Below, piece after piece: positions 25,363-38,349 of a stretch of DNA of 64,000 bases. The stretch lies in assembly GCA_049724395.1 (NCBI GenBank), contig JAUGWO010000060.1:186001-250000 (forward strand). Reading direction: 5' to 3'. Source of the stretch: Spongospora subterranea f. sp. subterranea. Its lineage: Eukaryota. The number at the start of each line of letters is the position of its first letter. The stretch's first letter is position 1. A program made the translations under genes and the position numbers. A model generated the notes under the pieces. That model saw nothing but the letters and a program-made list of their open reading frames with translations, was not told the DNA's origin and did no database searches.

Positions 25363-28187
25363 ATGGAACATCTTTGGTGTCTGTATTTCATTGGCGAACA
25401 GTTCTCCGTTGATGACGTCCGGGTGCCCGTGATCCAGGCGCTGAGCGAGTATTTCCAGGATCGTCTGGACCGCATTCGTGAGAATCTCGCGAAGCTCTCG
25501 TTTGTGAAAATTGACTTGACCGATATTGATGACGAAATGCCCATCGAGGGATTCACCAACCTTCTACGAAATGAACCGACTCATCTTATTGCCTGTGTCG
25601 AAATGGCGATACATCTGGTATCTATCCATCTAATCCAAATATCATAGCTAACTCAAATTAGATGTTAGAAAATGCAAACGAGCCCCCGACTTCAAAGGTT
25701 ATAGTGAGGTTTTATAATTTCAATCCGGTTTTGCAACTTCAAAACCTTATGCGCTCAAGTAATGTCGAAAAATTTTCAAGCCTTAGAGGAACTGTTGTAC
25801 GAATGACGTCGATTCAGCCCCTAGTAACTTCACTGCAGTTCATTTGCAACCGCTGTGGTGCTGAAACAACCAAACATTTTCCTGACGGAAAATACGCACC
25901 ACCGCTCAGGTATGTTTTCCTCGAAGTATATGGTTGTAATTCCGAACTCGATTTTTGTAGTTGCGTGAATTCTGATTGTAGAAACCGTGCGATGCAGCCG
26001 GATAGATTATCAGCTGTAACTGTAGATTATCAGAAAATTCGAGTTCAGGAATTATTCACCGATGCCGGATCAGATATCGGAAGAGTACCGAAATCCATTG
26101 AAATTGAGCTGAAGGAAGATCTGGTTGATTCCTGTTTACCTGGGGATGTATTAACGGTATCAGGAATAGTTAAGGTCTGCAGTGCCTCCTTTGCCATGGT
26201 TTCAGGTCAAAATATCTTACAGACTTGATGGTAGGCCCTAAAAACTGACTCGCGTTCCAATGGCAAGCAAGAAACTTGCCTTTATGTACTATATGTTGTT
26301 GCGAACTCTGTCGTAAACGAAAAACGTATAAAAGGGTCAGATGGCCGGTTCCAGGATAAAGATGCTGTCTCAAACTCCGATGAGTCGTTCACTCTGCAAG
26401 AACTGCACGGAATTTGCGCTGTGCACGAATCCGAACACCTTTTCGAACTCATTGTAAACTCCCTTTGTCCTGGGATCTTCGGTCATGAGCTGGTCAAGGG
26501 TTAGTATGAACAATTCTGTGGTTACGTCATCAAGCTCATTCCTCACTTCGCAGCGGGTTTGTGCTTGGGCCTGTTCTCTGGCGTACGGAAACATGTAGGA
26601 AGTTCGCATCAGATTCCGATGAGAGGTGATATACATGTTCTAATGCTTGGAGATCCTGGTAAAGTTGACTTGCCTAGACATTTGCAAAAGATTTATCTTC
26701 TCGTTTTAGGACTAGGGAAGTCCCAGCTGCTTCGAGCCTGTACCGTGGTCGCTCCCCGAGCTGTTTATGTATGCGGAAATTCAACGTCAACAGCAGGGTT
26801 GACGGTTTCCATGGTGAAAGACAGCAACGGCGATTCTGCATTAGAAGCAGGAGCACTGGTTCTCGCGGATAACGGTATCTGTTGCATCGATGAGTTTGAT
26901 AAGATGACCAGCGATCCCCAAGCTCTTCTTGAGACCATGGAGCAGCAGAGTATTTCAATTGCAAAGGTTGGAAGCTTTCTTCTTCTTTTTGAAGGCTGGG
27001 AATTACGTTTGCTCTCTGTCAGGCAGGAATCTGTTGTTCGCTTTCTGCTCGGTCTACTGTGTTTGTTGCGGCAAATCCTATAGGTGGCCACTATAAGTTG
27101 GTGCACGAATGCAATCCATCATGTTGAAGAATTAAAATCGGATTGCAGCCGGACCAAAACTGTCCTTGGGAATATGAAAATCTCTGCTGCGTTGCTTTCT
27201 CGGTTTGATTTGGTTTTCGTGTTGCTCGACGATCCTGACGCTAACAGAGATGAACTACTATCCGAGCATGTTCTCGCAGTAAATTTGCAGATTGTCGTAA
27301 ATTCTTGGCAGCTTCTGATTTGATATTTTTGTCAGTTACATTCTGGAGGCACATCCAATTATCAACGATCTCATGGTTCTGATCATGATTCAAGAAGTTC
27401 GTATCCAAGTTAATGAATGATGTCAGTGTGCTGACCCTTCAGTAGTCAAATACCAACCCGAAAATTTGGATGACTGGGGCGACGATGCCACCCTGGTTTC
27501 GCGTATCAAACAGCAAGGGCCGAAATCGCCGCATTTTGATGCAATTCCGCCACAATTGCTCAGAAAGTACATTGCGTATGCCAAAGAGTTTGTTCGACCT
27601 CGGTATAGACACATATTTCTTTGATTGACTGCACATCTTTACGTTCATTTCTTTTCAGATTATCGCAACAAGCAAAACATATTTTGAAAGAATTTTATTT
27701 ATCGCTCCGCAGAGAAAGAAATACAACTGATGTCAGCCAGATCACTACCAGGCAATTGGAGTCATTAATTAGATTGGGAGAAGCCCGGGCGCGTATGGAG
27801 CTTCGGGAAATAGTTACTGAACAAGATGCAAAGGTGATCTCATGACACCCAATTGCGACTCAGCTTACCAATTTCATGCGAAAGGACGTCGTTGAGATAA
27901 TGAAAGAATCGCTTTTCGATCTTTACTCTGACGAATTTGCTTCTGTTCATGTCGAGGCTGCTACAACTAGCTCGTTTCGATCCAAAAATGCAAAAGCTTT
28001 CATCAAAAAAGCAGTCGAGTTCAGTCGCCATTCCGACAAAACGCTGTTTACCAGATCAGATCTACGAACAATCGCCGAATCTTCTGGCATAGCGAGCGCT
28101 GATGTCGAGGCTTTTTTGGACATGATTAACCAACAGAATGTTATTCTTTGCAAAGGAGGAAATAAATACCAGTTGATGTGCGGATGA
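25363..28187 (+). CDS. MCM8: DNA helicase MCM8, multi-exon
   Basis: N-terminal [20 protein letters not shown] zinc-finger region, [76 protein letters not shown], winged-helix tail. Confidence 0.92.
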
Positions 28188-29038
28188 CGAGCAGAAGCGT
28201 TCGAGAACACTTGTCAGTGAGGAAACGGTGCCGCGGTATGCCCATCAAGTACATCTCGACAATTTAGTAACAGTGTACCAAAGTGTAAAGGGTATTCTGG
28301 AACGTCAACACTGACCATTGGCAGAAATCTTGATTCAACAGCACGAAGTGGTCGTACCACATCATCATCGTTTCAACAGCAAGGCAGTTTCGACACGCAA
28401 CTGTAGTCGGTCCAGAAATATAGACGAGCTCGTTGACGACGCTGACTACGTCGTCCAAAGGATAATTATGAATCACTGATGACGCCTATTTTATCCTTAA
28501 GTTTTTTGTTCGAATCAGCTGGAAATCCGCCCTGGGGCTGAACTGTAAACTATTCGGCGTTGATATCAATAATAGTCTACGATGCTTGTCATCGGTGCGA
28601 TGACAACCAGGGATGGTTGATCTTGTGACACACTGGTTATCCCCTGCCCATTATCTTGTCAAATCTGAACAGATACGCGGCCTATGAAATTCAATGGTAA
28701 AATCATAAATATCAATGCTTAGAAAATCACTTACAACTGGCCCCAAACCAGCGAGATGAAAAAACTCTCAACCGTATAAATGTGTATTTGCATATGTACA
28801 AGTTTAATACGAGATTTGGGGTCTGTAGAGTTAGCAGTCAGCTCAACTCTCACTTGTTAGACATGAACAATAGATCCAGTTTAAGTTCTGCTGTCAACAT
28901 TGCGCGCCAGTGGCCAGTAGAGTGTTGTCCCGGGTCCCTGGTCTGGCAGACGGCAGTTGACGGACTTGGTGTGTGGATGGATTTGGGTGGTCATTGACTG
29001 TTGTGGCTGCACGGCACCCTGCCAATCCACTCACTCAA

Positions 29039-30256
29039 ATGGCAATCGAGGCGAATATTGTCAGCCGCAATGGAAAAGAGCTTTGCAGGTCTGCTGTGCA
29101 TAATAATCCCCTGTTCTTTGTCCTTTTTTTACTTTTGGATTAGACTCACGCTTGACCAGGACGCAACCGTATCTGAGCTCAAAAAGGAGTTTTATCGCCA
29201 AAGTAATTGTTGCATTCATATTTAGTGTTTATTTGTACTGATGGGGTTTAGATCCAAAATACCCGACCTGTCGTCAGTATTTTACTGTCGGTTCTGGCGT
29301 CGACCGTGTTGCCCTCAAAAACGATAAGACACAATTGTCGCAATACTGTGAGATTTGCTGCGTCTTGTTTCAGTGTCAGATTGCTATTTACACATAAGGC
29401 AGTAAATGTACAAGGCGCTTCTCCAATCACGATCGCATTCAAAGATTTAGGGCCTCAAGTCGCCTGGCGTACCGTGTTTCTCGTGGAATATGCTGGTCCA
29501 TTGTTCGTTCATCTCCTTGTGTTCTTTCTACCGTCGTTATTCTATTCGGTTCCTGTAAAATCTCGTCATCCAATTCAATGGTGAGCTCAATCGGTGTCGT
29601 GCCAACGAGACCAAATTCAATTTGTTAGGATCGCGTTGCTCCTGGCGGTACTTCACTATGTCAAACGTGAACTGGAGACAATCTTTGTGCATCGATTCAG
29701 CACAGGGACAATGCCCATCATGAACATCTTCAAGAACAGTTTCCACTACTGGGGATTAGGTGAAAACATGTCGTGGTCCGATCTCCCCCGATCTTATCGG
29801 TTTGTTGTTCAGGTGGACTGTTCATCGCATACTTCGTCTACCATCCTCTCTATACGCCCACAGTTAGCTTGAACACTGCCTACATCTGTGCAGGCGTCTT
29901 CATCGCCGCCATGCTCTCCAATCTTCACTGTCATATCATCTTGATGAATCTTCGTCCCGCTGGTTCCACGATTCGGCGCATTCCTAAGGGGTTCCTGTTT
30001 GAGTTTATCTCTTGTCCAAACTACTTTTTTGAGATCGTGGCCTGGTCGGCGTTTGCTGTTCTCACTGGAGCATTGACGTGTAAGAGTATCGGCATAATTC
30101 ACCCACACCGGTCTGAGTGTTTTCGTAGCTTTTTTCTTCGTCCTGGTCTCAGCTGGGCAAATGTATATTTGGGCGATCAACAAGCACAAGGCATATCGTA
30201 AAGAGTTCCCCGATTACCCGAAGGGCAGACGGGCCCTGATCCCATTCGTCGTCTAA
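29039..30256 (+). CDS. TECR: Very-long-chain enoyl-CoA reductase (TECR/TSC13), multi-exon
   Basis: Ubiquitin-like N-terminus, FKDLGPQVAWRTVFLVEYAGP, HYVKRELETIFVHRFS, IPKGFLFEFISCPNYFFE, YRKEFPDYPKGRRALIPF. Confidence 0.95.
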
Positions 30257-30385
30257 CGCCATCGTACGGGACGGTTATGCAGCAGAATCGCCTTCAGAAC
30301 AGTGTCAGAATTGACCAATAAACCAAACCATCAGGCCTGATTTCGATGACGATCGAGTACAGAATTGATAACTTGCCCAAGCTAA

Positions 30386-31096
30386 ATGGCGCATCAGATA
30401 CGCGAACTTGCTGAAGACTGGGCGTCCCGATGTTATACCGATCCGGATATGACTCAATATTGGATTGCGTCGGTTTATTTTGCGTTCTCTCGATTCAGTC
30501 GATTTCTGGAACTGCGATTTGGAAAAGAGATGCCCAGCCTCGTTCGGGAAGCCTCCCAATCGACCAAGGAGTTGCACCGTGAGGCCTATAACATCAGCCC
30601 TACCCTCATATCGAGCTCGGCCGCGCCTGTTGACATTGTCCGCCTTATCAAACACGTCGAGGGTCTTGACAATTCCGGCGCTCTCGTATTCGCGTTCGTG
30701 ATGTATTCTGGACTAAACCACGTATTCCAGAACAGTCATCACTGTCCAACATTTCTAGTTGATTATCGAGACGATCTGAGTGTCGCCGACAGCCAAACTG
30801 CAGTAGAGGTGGCGACATCGTGCCATAAACTTATGAGTCAGATTGTCGATCCAGTTGCGATGCATAAGCACCATCATCATTTCAATGGGAAGGCGCCGAT
30901 AAATGGATCAGGTTGTCCATTTCTGAACGCTGATAAGGCCATGTCGCAGTGGATGACAAAACTGATCGGACTCAGCTTCGCCACGTGCATTATCGGTATT
31001 GTGTCTATCGTACAAACGCCGGCAGAACTGATTCGGTTTTCATCAGGAGGGCTTGCCGTGATTCTCAACGAAACCTTGCGACGATCGTGGCAATGA
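30386..31096 (+). CDS. Divergent heme-oxygenase-like protein with a CPF motif and C-terminal TM anchor
   Basis: YWIASVYFAFS and LIKHVEGL...LVFAFVMYSGL resemble the HO fold; GSGCPF precedes a hydrophobic tail. Catalytic motifs are not clearly present. Confidence 0.4.
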   Translation: MAHQIRELAEDWASRCYTDPDMTQYWIASVYFAFSRFSRFLELRFGKEMPSLVREASQSTKELHREAYNISPTLISSSAAPVDIVRLIKHVEGLDNSGALVFAFVMYSGLNHVFQNSHHCPTFLVDYRDDLSVADSQTAVEVATSCHKLMSQIVDPVAMHKHHHHFNGKAPINGSGCPFLNADKAMSQWMTKLIGLSFATCIIGIVSIVQTPAELIRFSSGGLAVILNETLRRSWQ

Positions 31097-32691
31097 ATAA
31101 CACGCTCATCATCATCAGTGACAGTAGCGCTCGATGTTCAATCAGAACCTAAGCGCTGGTTGTCAGGTCTATTCGTTGATCCTAAACGTGTTTATATACA
31201 GCAAAATGATTTAGAATATCATTGCCAGATTGTTGTCCAGCTGAACAACATCTTGCAAAAGCTCCATTAAGGGTCGATAGGCTGAATGAAAAGTTTCGAC
31301 GCAGCACGGTCTCTCTCAAATTGGTGATCGTATGTGCTCCCAAAAATGAACTTGATAATTTTTTCTTTAACCACGATGTTACGCCATGGCGAACCTTCTT
31401 GATCCTTTTTTTCTTCTGAAACAACGCTCGAACGACGCTTCCGATAGAATCCGTGAAACCCGACAGCACACTCCACAGAACGTTTGAATTCTCGTCAAGG
31501 GAACAGTTCTATGAATCGACAGACGCATCGTGTTTTAATCGCCTCAATCTAACCGATCATCGCACAGAGATGAGGTTTTGTGCCCTGGCAGGCATCTTGT
31601 ACAACGGTAACCCCAACAAATACAACACAGCTTTCGCTGTTGATAAACGACAAATCGGATCCTACAAGAGCTCACAAGAGCTCATCTATTCGCGAAAACA
31701 GATCAATTACGTGATCGTGAGGGTCTTACCGCATGTCCATCAGGATTGTGTCTTTGAACCCCGGACATATCTTTCACGGTTTTGTTTTGTCAGATGGGAT
31801 GTGATGTTTTCCTATCTCGAACTTTGCAAGGCGTTTAAGCCGAAAGAGGGTCAATGGTGCTTTCGAAAAAGACGGCTGTTTTTAGCTTCACCGCATGTTG
31901 CCGACAGAAAGTGGCGATTAAGGATCACTGGTTGCAAGTGTAAGTGCTTCAACGGGAAGGTTGCTATATAAGGTCAAAAGCTATGAAACGTCTTTACTGA
32001 CCTTGAGAGACGTGAGGCCAGCTGTATCCAATAAAAAATAAACCAAGATTCACGAGAAAGGAGTCATGTATTACACCTGATTCGGGTTTACGGAGGGGCG
32101 GTGCAACCAGAAGTGGCATGGCATTCGCCGAGATGGCCCATCAAACCGCAATCAGCTGCTGCTGTTCAAACAGAATATCTATTGATAACGCTCAAGAGCT
32201 TGCCTCTGAAATCAAGGTATTTTCTAGCTGCAACTGCTTTGTAAGGCCCGTTTAGATCCACCTTATGAGTTTGCGGTCTCACTGTTCTGAAAATGCCACC
32301 AGAGAGTTTGTCTCCAATGTTCATTCTAGCGGTCTGGCCTGAGTACAGAACGACGCGGATGAGAGTTTCAACACAGTTGCGTTCAGTCTGAACCCGCACA
32401 GTAAAAATACAGATGGAATGGCATACAAACGTTCAAGCAGTTGATTCTTTTTGTCAAATCCTAGCGCTTGATGCACCTAGTGGATAACAGGCAACGCTTG
32501 CGGTGCTTGGCTGCATTTATGCAGATCTGAGACTGTTTTCAACAAGGAATCGTACTTGAACAAAGTCAAATCGATCAAGCAGTTGATTCCCGTTGTTGCT
32601 TTATATATCACGGGTGGGCCGACTCCATTATCGGAATGAATCAGATCCCGACCGGGTTCATGATTTCCGCCCCCTGCCCCTTGCGTTCTCC

Positions 32692-33080
32692 ACAATGTCG
32701 ATCCTCATGACATATTGTTGCAGACGCATTTACGCCTGAACACCGGGACCTGGGCTATTTCTTGGCCACGTTTCCGGGGGATAGCCCAGGTCCCGGTGTT
32801 CAGGCGTAAATGCGTCTGCAACAATATGTCATGAGGATCGACATTGTCTTGGGGCATGCAACGACGTTTCAGCTGGAGACACCTCGATGGCCACCCACAC
32901 AGTAAAGAGCCGATCCGTCTGAGCTTGGCCACGTTTCCGGGGGACCGGCTGCAGACGGATCGGCTCTTTACTGTGTGGGTGGCCATCGAGGTGTCTCCAG
33001 CTGAAACGTCGTTGGAGTTCCAAGATGGGGCATGCAACGACGTTTCAGCTGGAGACACCTCGATGGCCACCCACACAGTA
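32692..33080. repeat. Two adjacent perfect hairpins sharing a loop motif, plus a third partial arm copy
   Basis: Arms 32692-32758/32781-32847 (67 bp) and 32859-32921/32952-33014 (63 bp). Both loops contain CTTGGCCACGTTTCCGGGGG. Direct copy of arm sequence at 33026-33080. Confidence 0.95.
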
Positions 33081-33175
33081 CCGACTGATGGAATTATTGT
33101 TATTTACACTTTGCCCACTGTCGCCGTGTCGTTTGATGCGCGAGTGGAACGTGGACAGGGTGTGTATCGGGAGGA

Positions 33176-34118
33176 ATACATTTTGATCGAAAATTGATCG
33201 AAACTGTGCGCAGCCCGTTTATGGGTACAGTACACTGAGCAAAACACTGTACAATTGATCGAAAATTGATCGAATGTCCATGTTTTTATTGACGCGACGT
33301 TTCGGTCTGTGCCCGCTCCCTTCTCCCAACTCCTTATCGTCATGGCAAAAGATGACGATTTTGATCTATATCTGCCAGTCTTCTATATTTTGATGACAGG
33401 AAAATCTCGAAGATTGTGAAATATCCACACTTAAACATTGTAATATAGCTTGACAATTCACACTGGGTCGGGTGTGCGGTTGTCGGCAGGCAAGTCCTGG
33501 TGTATGATCCACTGGGTCTTGATCAGAACTTGAGGCGGATCACTCAGATCTTTGATCAAAATCTACGCCATTTTTTTTCCAATCTAAACAACGGAACGAT
33601 TGAAGTTTTCTGTACGACGCAGAGAGATACTTCGAGTTGCGGCGTATACGTCTTGATGTGGCTGCACAACATTTTCAGTGGTGGCACCATGGACTTTGTG
33701 AAACCGGAGAACATCCCGTTCTTGCGGTTATGGATGATCCAAGATATGTGCTGTTAAATAAATGTATAATTGACTGATGAGAATGTCTGGCAAGTTGAAG
33801 CCGTAGCCAGCCGTTGATGATTTCAAAAATCCTAATACTCTCAGCAAACTCGACAAGCACACCCGTCGTGGGAAAATTAGCCGAAAATCACGTCCTCGAT
33901 TAAATTCCATCATCGGTCAGTCGCACAGAATTTATATAAACCCAGTGCATCCAAAGACGGGCTGCCCACAGTATCGATCAATTTTCGATCTCGATCAATT
34001 GTCGATCAATTGTACAATGTATGGCAGTGTTTTGCTCTGTGTATCCACAGACGGGCTGCGCACAGTTTCGATCAATTTTCGATCTCGTTTAATTTTCGAT
34101 CAATCTGTACCCCACCGT
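33176..34118. mobile_element. Non-autonomous inverted-repeat element with GATCGAAAATT subrepeats, carrying a Ulp1 fragment
   Basis: TTGATCGAAAATTGATCGAAACTGTGCGCAGCCCGT (~33183) is inverted at ~34050-34090 and again at ~33955-34000. Exact termini and TSD not resolved. Confidence 0.7.
33342..33757 (+). pseudogene. Ulp1/C48 SUMO-protease catalytic fragment
   Basis: YLPVF ... NSHWVGCAV, VYDPLG, QRDTSSCGVYV match the H-D-Q-C catalytic layout of C48 peptidases. Confidence 0.75.
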
Positions 34119-34241
34119 GTATCGTGATGAGGGGGGGGGCCTTCTGTCCTTCACTCAGATCTTGGAGCAGGCAGCAGCCCTCTTCATCAGTGGAAACTGC
34201 GAAATGACCGTCACCGTTTTCATTTGTTATTGATCGTTGTT

Positions 34242-35531
34242 ATGGATGTGTGTCCCATGCTGTTTGAGTCGGTCGTCTCGCTGGAGACGGCATCGGCGCT
34301 GATGCAGAATCAGAAGTGGCGAACGAATTCAACTCCGGTTCTGGGGCGCTCGTTGCGGGACGCCACACCATCGGAGCTGGGCTTGGCCGGAGCCGTTGCT
34401 GCTGCCTCGACCAGACGGGCGTCTGTTCTTGTCCCAGACTTTCCTCTCGATGCCAGTACCTTGACAATGGAGCAATTGCTAGATGAAATCGACAAATACT
34501 CTGGCAATAGTAACGCCTCTGCCGAGCTTCGTCAGCGTTGGAAAACCGCAAACGTGGAATATCGTAAACTGTTTTCGATTTGTCCAGACCCTGACGACAA
34601 ATTTATTGAATCATCTGTCGTTGAAAAAATTGACAAATTTGTTTCTGAAAAAGAGGTTGAGATCGGTAATAAACGGGCCATTATCCCCATAGAACCCATG
34701 TTTATTGTTGATATCTTAGATGGTTTGCGATTAGAAAATGAGTGCTTGCAGGAATCACTGCAGACTTTTACAGACGAATATGTCATGCAGAATAATCACA
34801 GTAAAATATTCCCAAACAATGCATCGTGCGATAGGTTATCTTCCTGTAAAAAAAGGTTGAAGGCTTTAGAGCATCAGATCGCCACAGAATCTGAGGAATT
34901 ATTCGATATTCCTGGATTAACGGCAAAGCTGGAGTCCCTTCAAAACCGGCAATCAACGAGTCAACAGAATGATAGTCAATCTAACGAGAGTACGAAACTG
35001 TTGAAGTACTTTTCTTTCAACATATCATGGCATTCCGTTTTCATTGGTACATTCTTAGGGATACAGGAATAGCTGATGAACCATTTGGGACGATCCGCTC
35101 TGAACTTCAAAAATCGCTTTCACGCGACCAGACACTAGCTCAGAAGTTCGACAATATCAGGTAAGACCCTTCTTAGTTACAGTTATGGTCGATTCTGATG
35201 CCAACTCGTTCTCAGAAACGCCATTAAAACGCTAGTGGATGCCAAAGCTACATCTGGAAGTCCTTTCGCTATTGGGCTCCAAGTATTGCAAGAAAACGAT
35301 GGGACAATGGGGTTAGAGACGTTCAAGGCCAAGGTAATTAATATTCATGTTTATACGCAAATCTGACTTTAGTCATCGACATTGCAGCTTGGAGATAAGC
35401 TAGGCGCCGCTCTGGTAATCACTACAGTTTACGCGATGCTCGGACAGCAATTGATCACAATCGACCGATCTGTGGGGCAAGGGCTTGTCAAGAGCTGCAT
35501 ATCCTATACCTGTTCTTCATTAAACCAATAG
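34242..35531 (+). CDS. Hypothetical coiled-coil protein with a C-terminal winged-helix-like segment, multi-exon
   Basis: Long first ORF, then GT-AG exons ending VYAMLGQQLITIDRSVGQGLVKSC. Confidence 0.6.
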
Positions 35532-35788
35532 TTTACGCAACCAACCATCTCCCTTGTTTGGTTTTCCTGATTCGGTGGATATTGTTCCCTCCGGATACGC
35601 AGCAATGAGTCAGCCGAAATACAAATGGTGACACAACTTGGAACCGGGCTTCGACAATGATGACGTCAACTGGCAAGATAGTAATTGAAAGGAGTAATCA
35701 TAGGGTGAATCCCTCAAACGAAATTTTATCATTTTAAGCGAACGCATAAGCTTTAACATTAAGCCTATATTTTAAGACTTACCACAAG

Positions 35789-36784
35789 ATGGCGAAATAC
35801 CTCATGATCGCTGCAGTATTGGCTAGTAGCCATATTGCGTCGGCATTGGAACTGATGGAGGTTCATGACGTTAACGATGAACTATCAGATTTCGTAAGAT
35901 GATTACGCTGCCATTCTGATTCATGTGTTGAAACTGATGTTTGACAATCATAGGCCCACGCCCATCACGGTATCGAACACGACCTCCTCGAGAGCGCTTT
36001 GTTGAAATCTCTGATTCTGTGCTTTCAGATGGATATTTCCAAAGAGGTCACGGTTTAGAGCATCATTTAGACGACGAGCATACTGGGTCGAACCAAGATC
36101 TGGATCGCGGTGGTGGATCTGAACAATACCCAGTCATTTACCCGTACGACCATGGCCCCCATCGTGGGGATCCTGCCGGGGGCCGGTTTGGAATTCAGAA
36201 TGCTGGCGGAGAGTGGAATGGAGGCATGGGCCATGGCAACGATCTAGGCGAGTTCGGTGAGATGTACGGGAACGACCACGTCCTCGGATTCGAGGGCGAC
36301 AACCACGGGTACTTCGGTGGACATGGAGGGTATGGATTTGAGCATGGGTTTGGCAACGAAGGACTCATGGGCGGCCATGGTCACGGTCATGGCAACGGCA
36401 TGGACGATATGGAAGGGCATCATGGGCATTCCGGATCGGAATTTCATGAGCCTGAAGTGAACCCTGATCTCTTAGGCGCTCACCCATATGGCTCTGTTTC
36501 GGGTATATCTCCTAACTTCTTGCATCAAGAGGTAAATCAAGTCCTCGCATTCTTGGATTCCCTTTGTTGATTTCATGCTAGGAGCACGAAGAGGCGGACG
36601 ATGCCGGGCGTCATCCCCACAGTTGGAAACACGGTCACCACCATGCTCATGTCAGTGACAATTGGAATATATATTCTCTGTGTGTGTGATTTTGATCGAA
36701 TTTTGGATTTTTCAGAACCCTCACGGCCGGTACCACCATAATGGGAACGGGGACTTTGAAACACATCTCCACGACGATTTCTAA
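35789..36784 (+). CDS. Secreted Gly/His-rich acidic low-complexity protein, 5 exons
   Basis: Signal peptide MAKYLMIAAVLASSHIASA; exons join in phase through GGHGGYGFEHGFG, GHGHGHG, KHGHHHAH to ...HLHDDF*. Confidence 0.75.
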
Positions 36785-36885
36785 GTATCATCTAAATACA
36801 GCCCGTTATCTTTATTTGTTTCGATAATGGGGTTTATGGGGCAATTCTTGGGCATTAACAATGGCTATATATAAGTTAGTTTAGC

Positions 36886-37902
36886 TCATTCGTCGTCACG
36901 GTTATCCCCTCCACTCCTATCGACGGGTTCGAGATCCTCCCCGTACTGGATCGACCGGTCGATGCTGGACAGCAGATATTCGATCGAGTCGACATCATTG
37001 GGATCCAACGGAACGAACGATACCATGGAATATTGGTCGACCAATTCCCCGATGGATCTATTGAGGTTTGCGAACTTTCCAGAACTTTTGTCGTTCAAAG
37101 TCGACAGGATCACCGAAAGGTCTGTGTCCAACAACTCATTCAACGACTTTTTGTCAGCCAGAAGGTCGCATTTTGACAGTACGTTCAGATGCGGGATTTC
37201 TGTTGGGAAGATTTGGTCAGTAAATTTCGTAGATAATACGACGCTGTAACCGACCAAGCTGGACCATGGCGCCAAGGCACGCCAGCATGCCGGCTATGAA
37301 TTTAGATGCATCGGAGATGAACAGGGAATCGAGCAGAAACACACCACATATCTGATATCCCAAGCGTTCAACGGTTCTAACAAAGGTTCGCATCACGTCG
37401 ACATGGGTGAAAATTTCAATCTGGCCAGGACAGTCGAAGATGAGATAATCCTCAGAAAAATCGTCTAATTGTTCGGTCAACCTGGACGATGCACGTTAAT
37501 GCCGGAGGTCACGAACGGGCGTGATTGCCAATTACCAGTCGATATTCTCGATGAGATATTCCATGCAGAATATCAGCGCGCCGTTCGGGCCCAGATCCAT
37601 TTCTTCCATAACTTCAGAAACCGAGATCAGATCCCGAATATCTATAACCGGGTTTATAAAGAAAATGCACTGACAAAGCGTGTGATACCTATTGATACAG
37701 GATATTTGAAGGTATCCGCTGCTGGGTCTAAGTTGACAATATGGACCGTTCTTCCGATGTTTTCGCAGTGCCGATGAATAAATTCGCAATAAGATGACTA
37801 CACAAATATAGTACCTCAGAACCAGTTGCACACGCTGCAGGATCACCGAACAACCTTCCCACTTCCAGCGGGCCCCATGACCAACTGTGCATGTTTACCC
37901 AT
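36886..37902 (-). CDS. GPN3: GPN-loop GTPase 3, multi-exon
   Basis: [74 protein letters not shown]. Confidence 0.95.
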
Positions 37903-38349
37903 CACGATCCGATTCGGTCAAAAAATTCCAGACCGATGTCGCAATTCAGCAATGTGATTCGCAAAAGTCAGACGGTATCTCCGGTAACACAAGAAACTCC
38001 GCGACCGAAAAACCGCGTACGCTGTGGACCCTTGAAAATGTGATCAAGTTAATAACACCAAAAATCGTGACATTTTGTTAAGTTTTGGATTCACTTTCTC
38101 AAAATAATTGCGCACGTCGTCATAGAGTACACTACGGGACACTATAGTGTACCTACTGTCATTGTGTTGCGCAACCATACCGGTATACAATCTCGGTCGT
38201 ACTGTACGTACAGTGGCGGACACCTTACCGTAGATGACAATATTATCCATCCACATTTAGGTCCGTAGATGGATGCTAATAATGTCACGGCATATACACT
38301 TTTTTTATTCGTGCGGTAAAAATGGAAAAAATTTTGTCATAAACAATCT

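Noticed and set aside
2593..28187. Apparent cluster of cell-cycle/DNA genes (GCP2, RAD9, POLE4-like, LIN54-like, MCM8)
   Set aside because: Interspersed with unrelated genes; expected by chance in a compact genome.
28200..28990. Short ORFs or possible ncRNA between MCM8 and TECR
   Set aside because: No convincing motif, splice pattern or RNA structure.
31180..32690. Possible transposase remnant
   Set aside because: Broken coding-like frames but no motif I can assign confidently.
32705..33197. Several overlapping ORFs on both strands
   Set aside because: Artefacts of the palindromic sequence; the same peptides recur on both strands.
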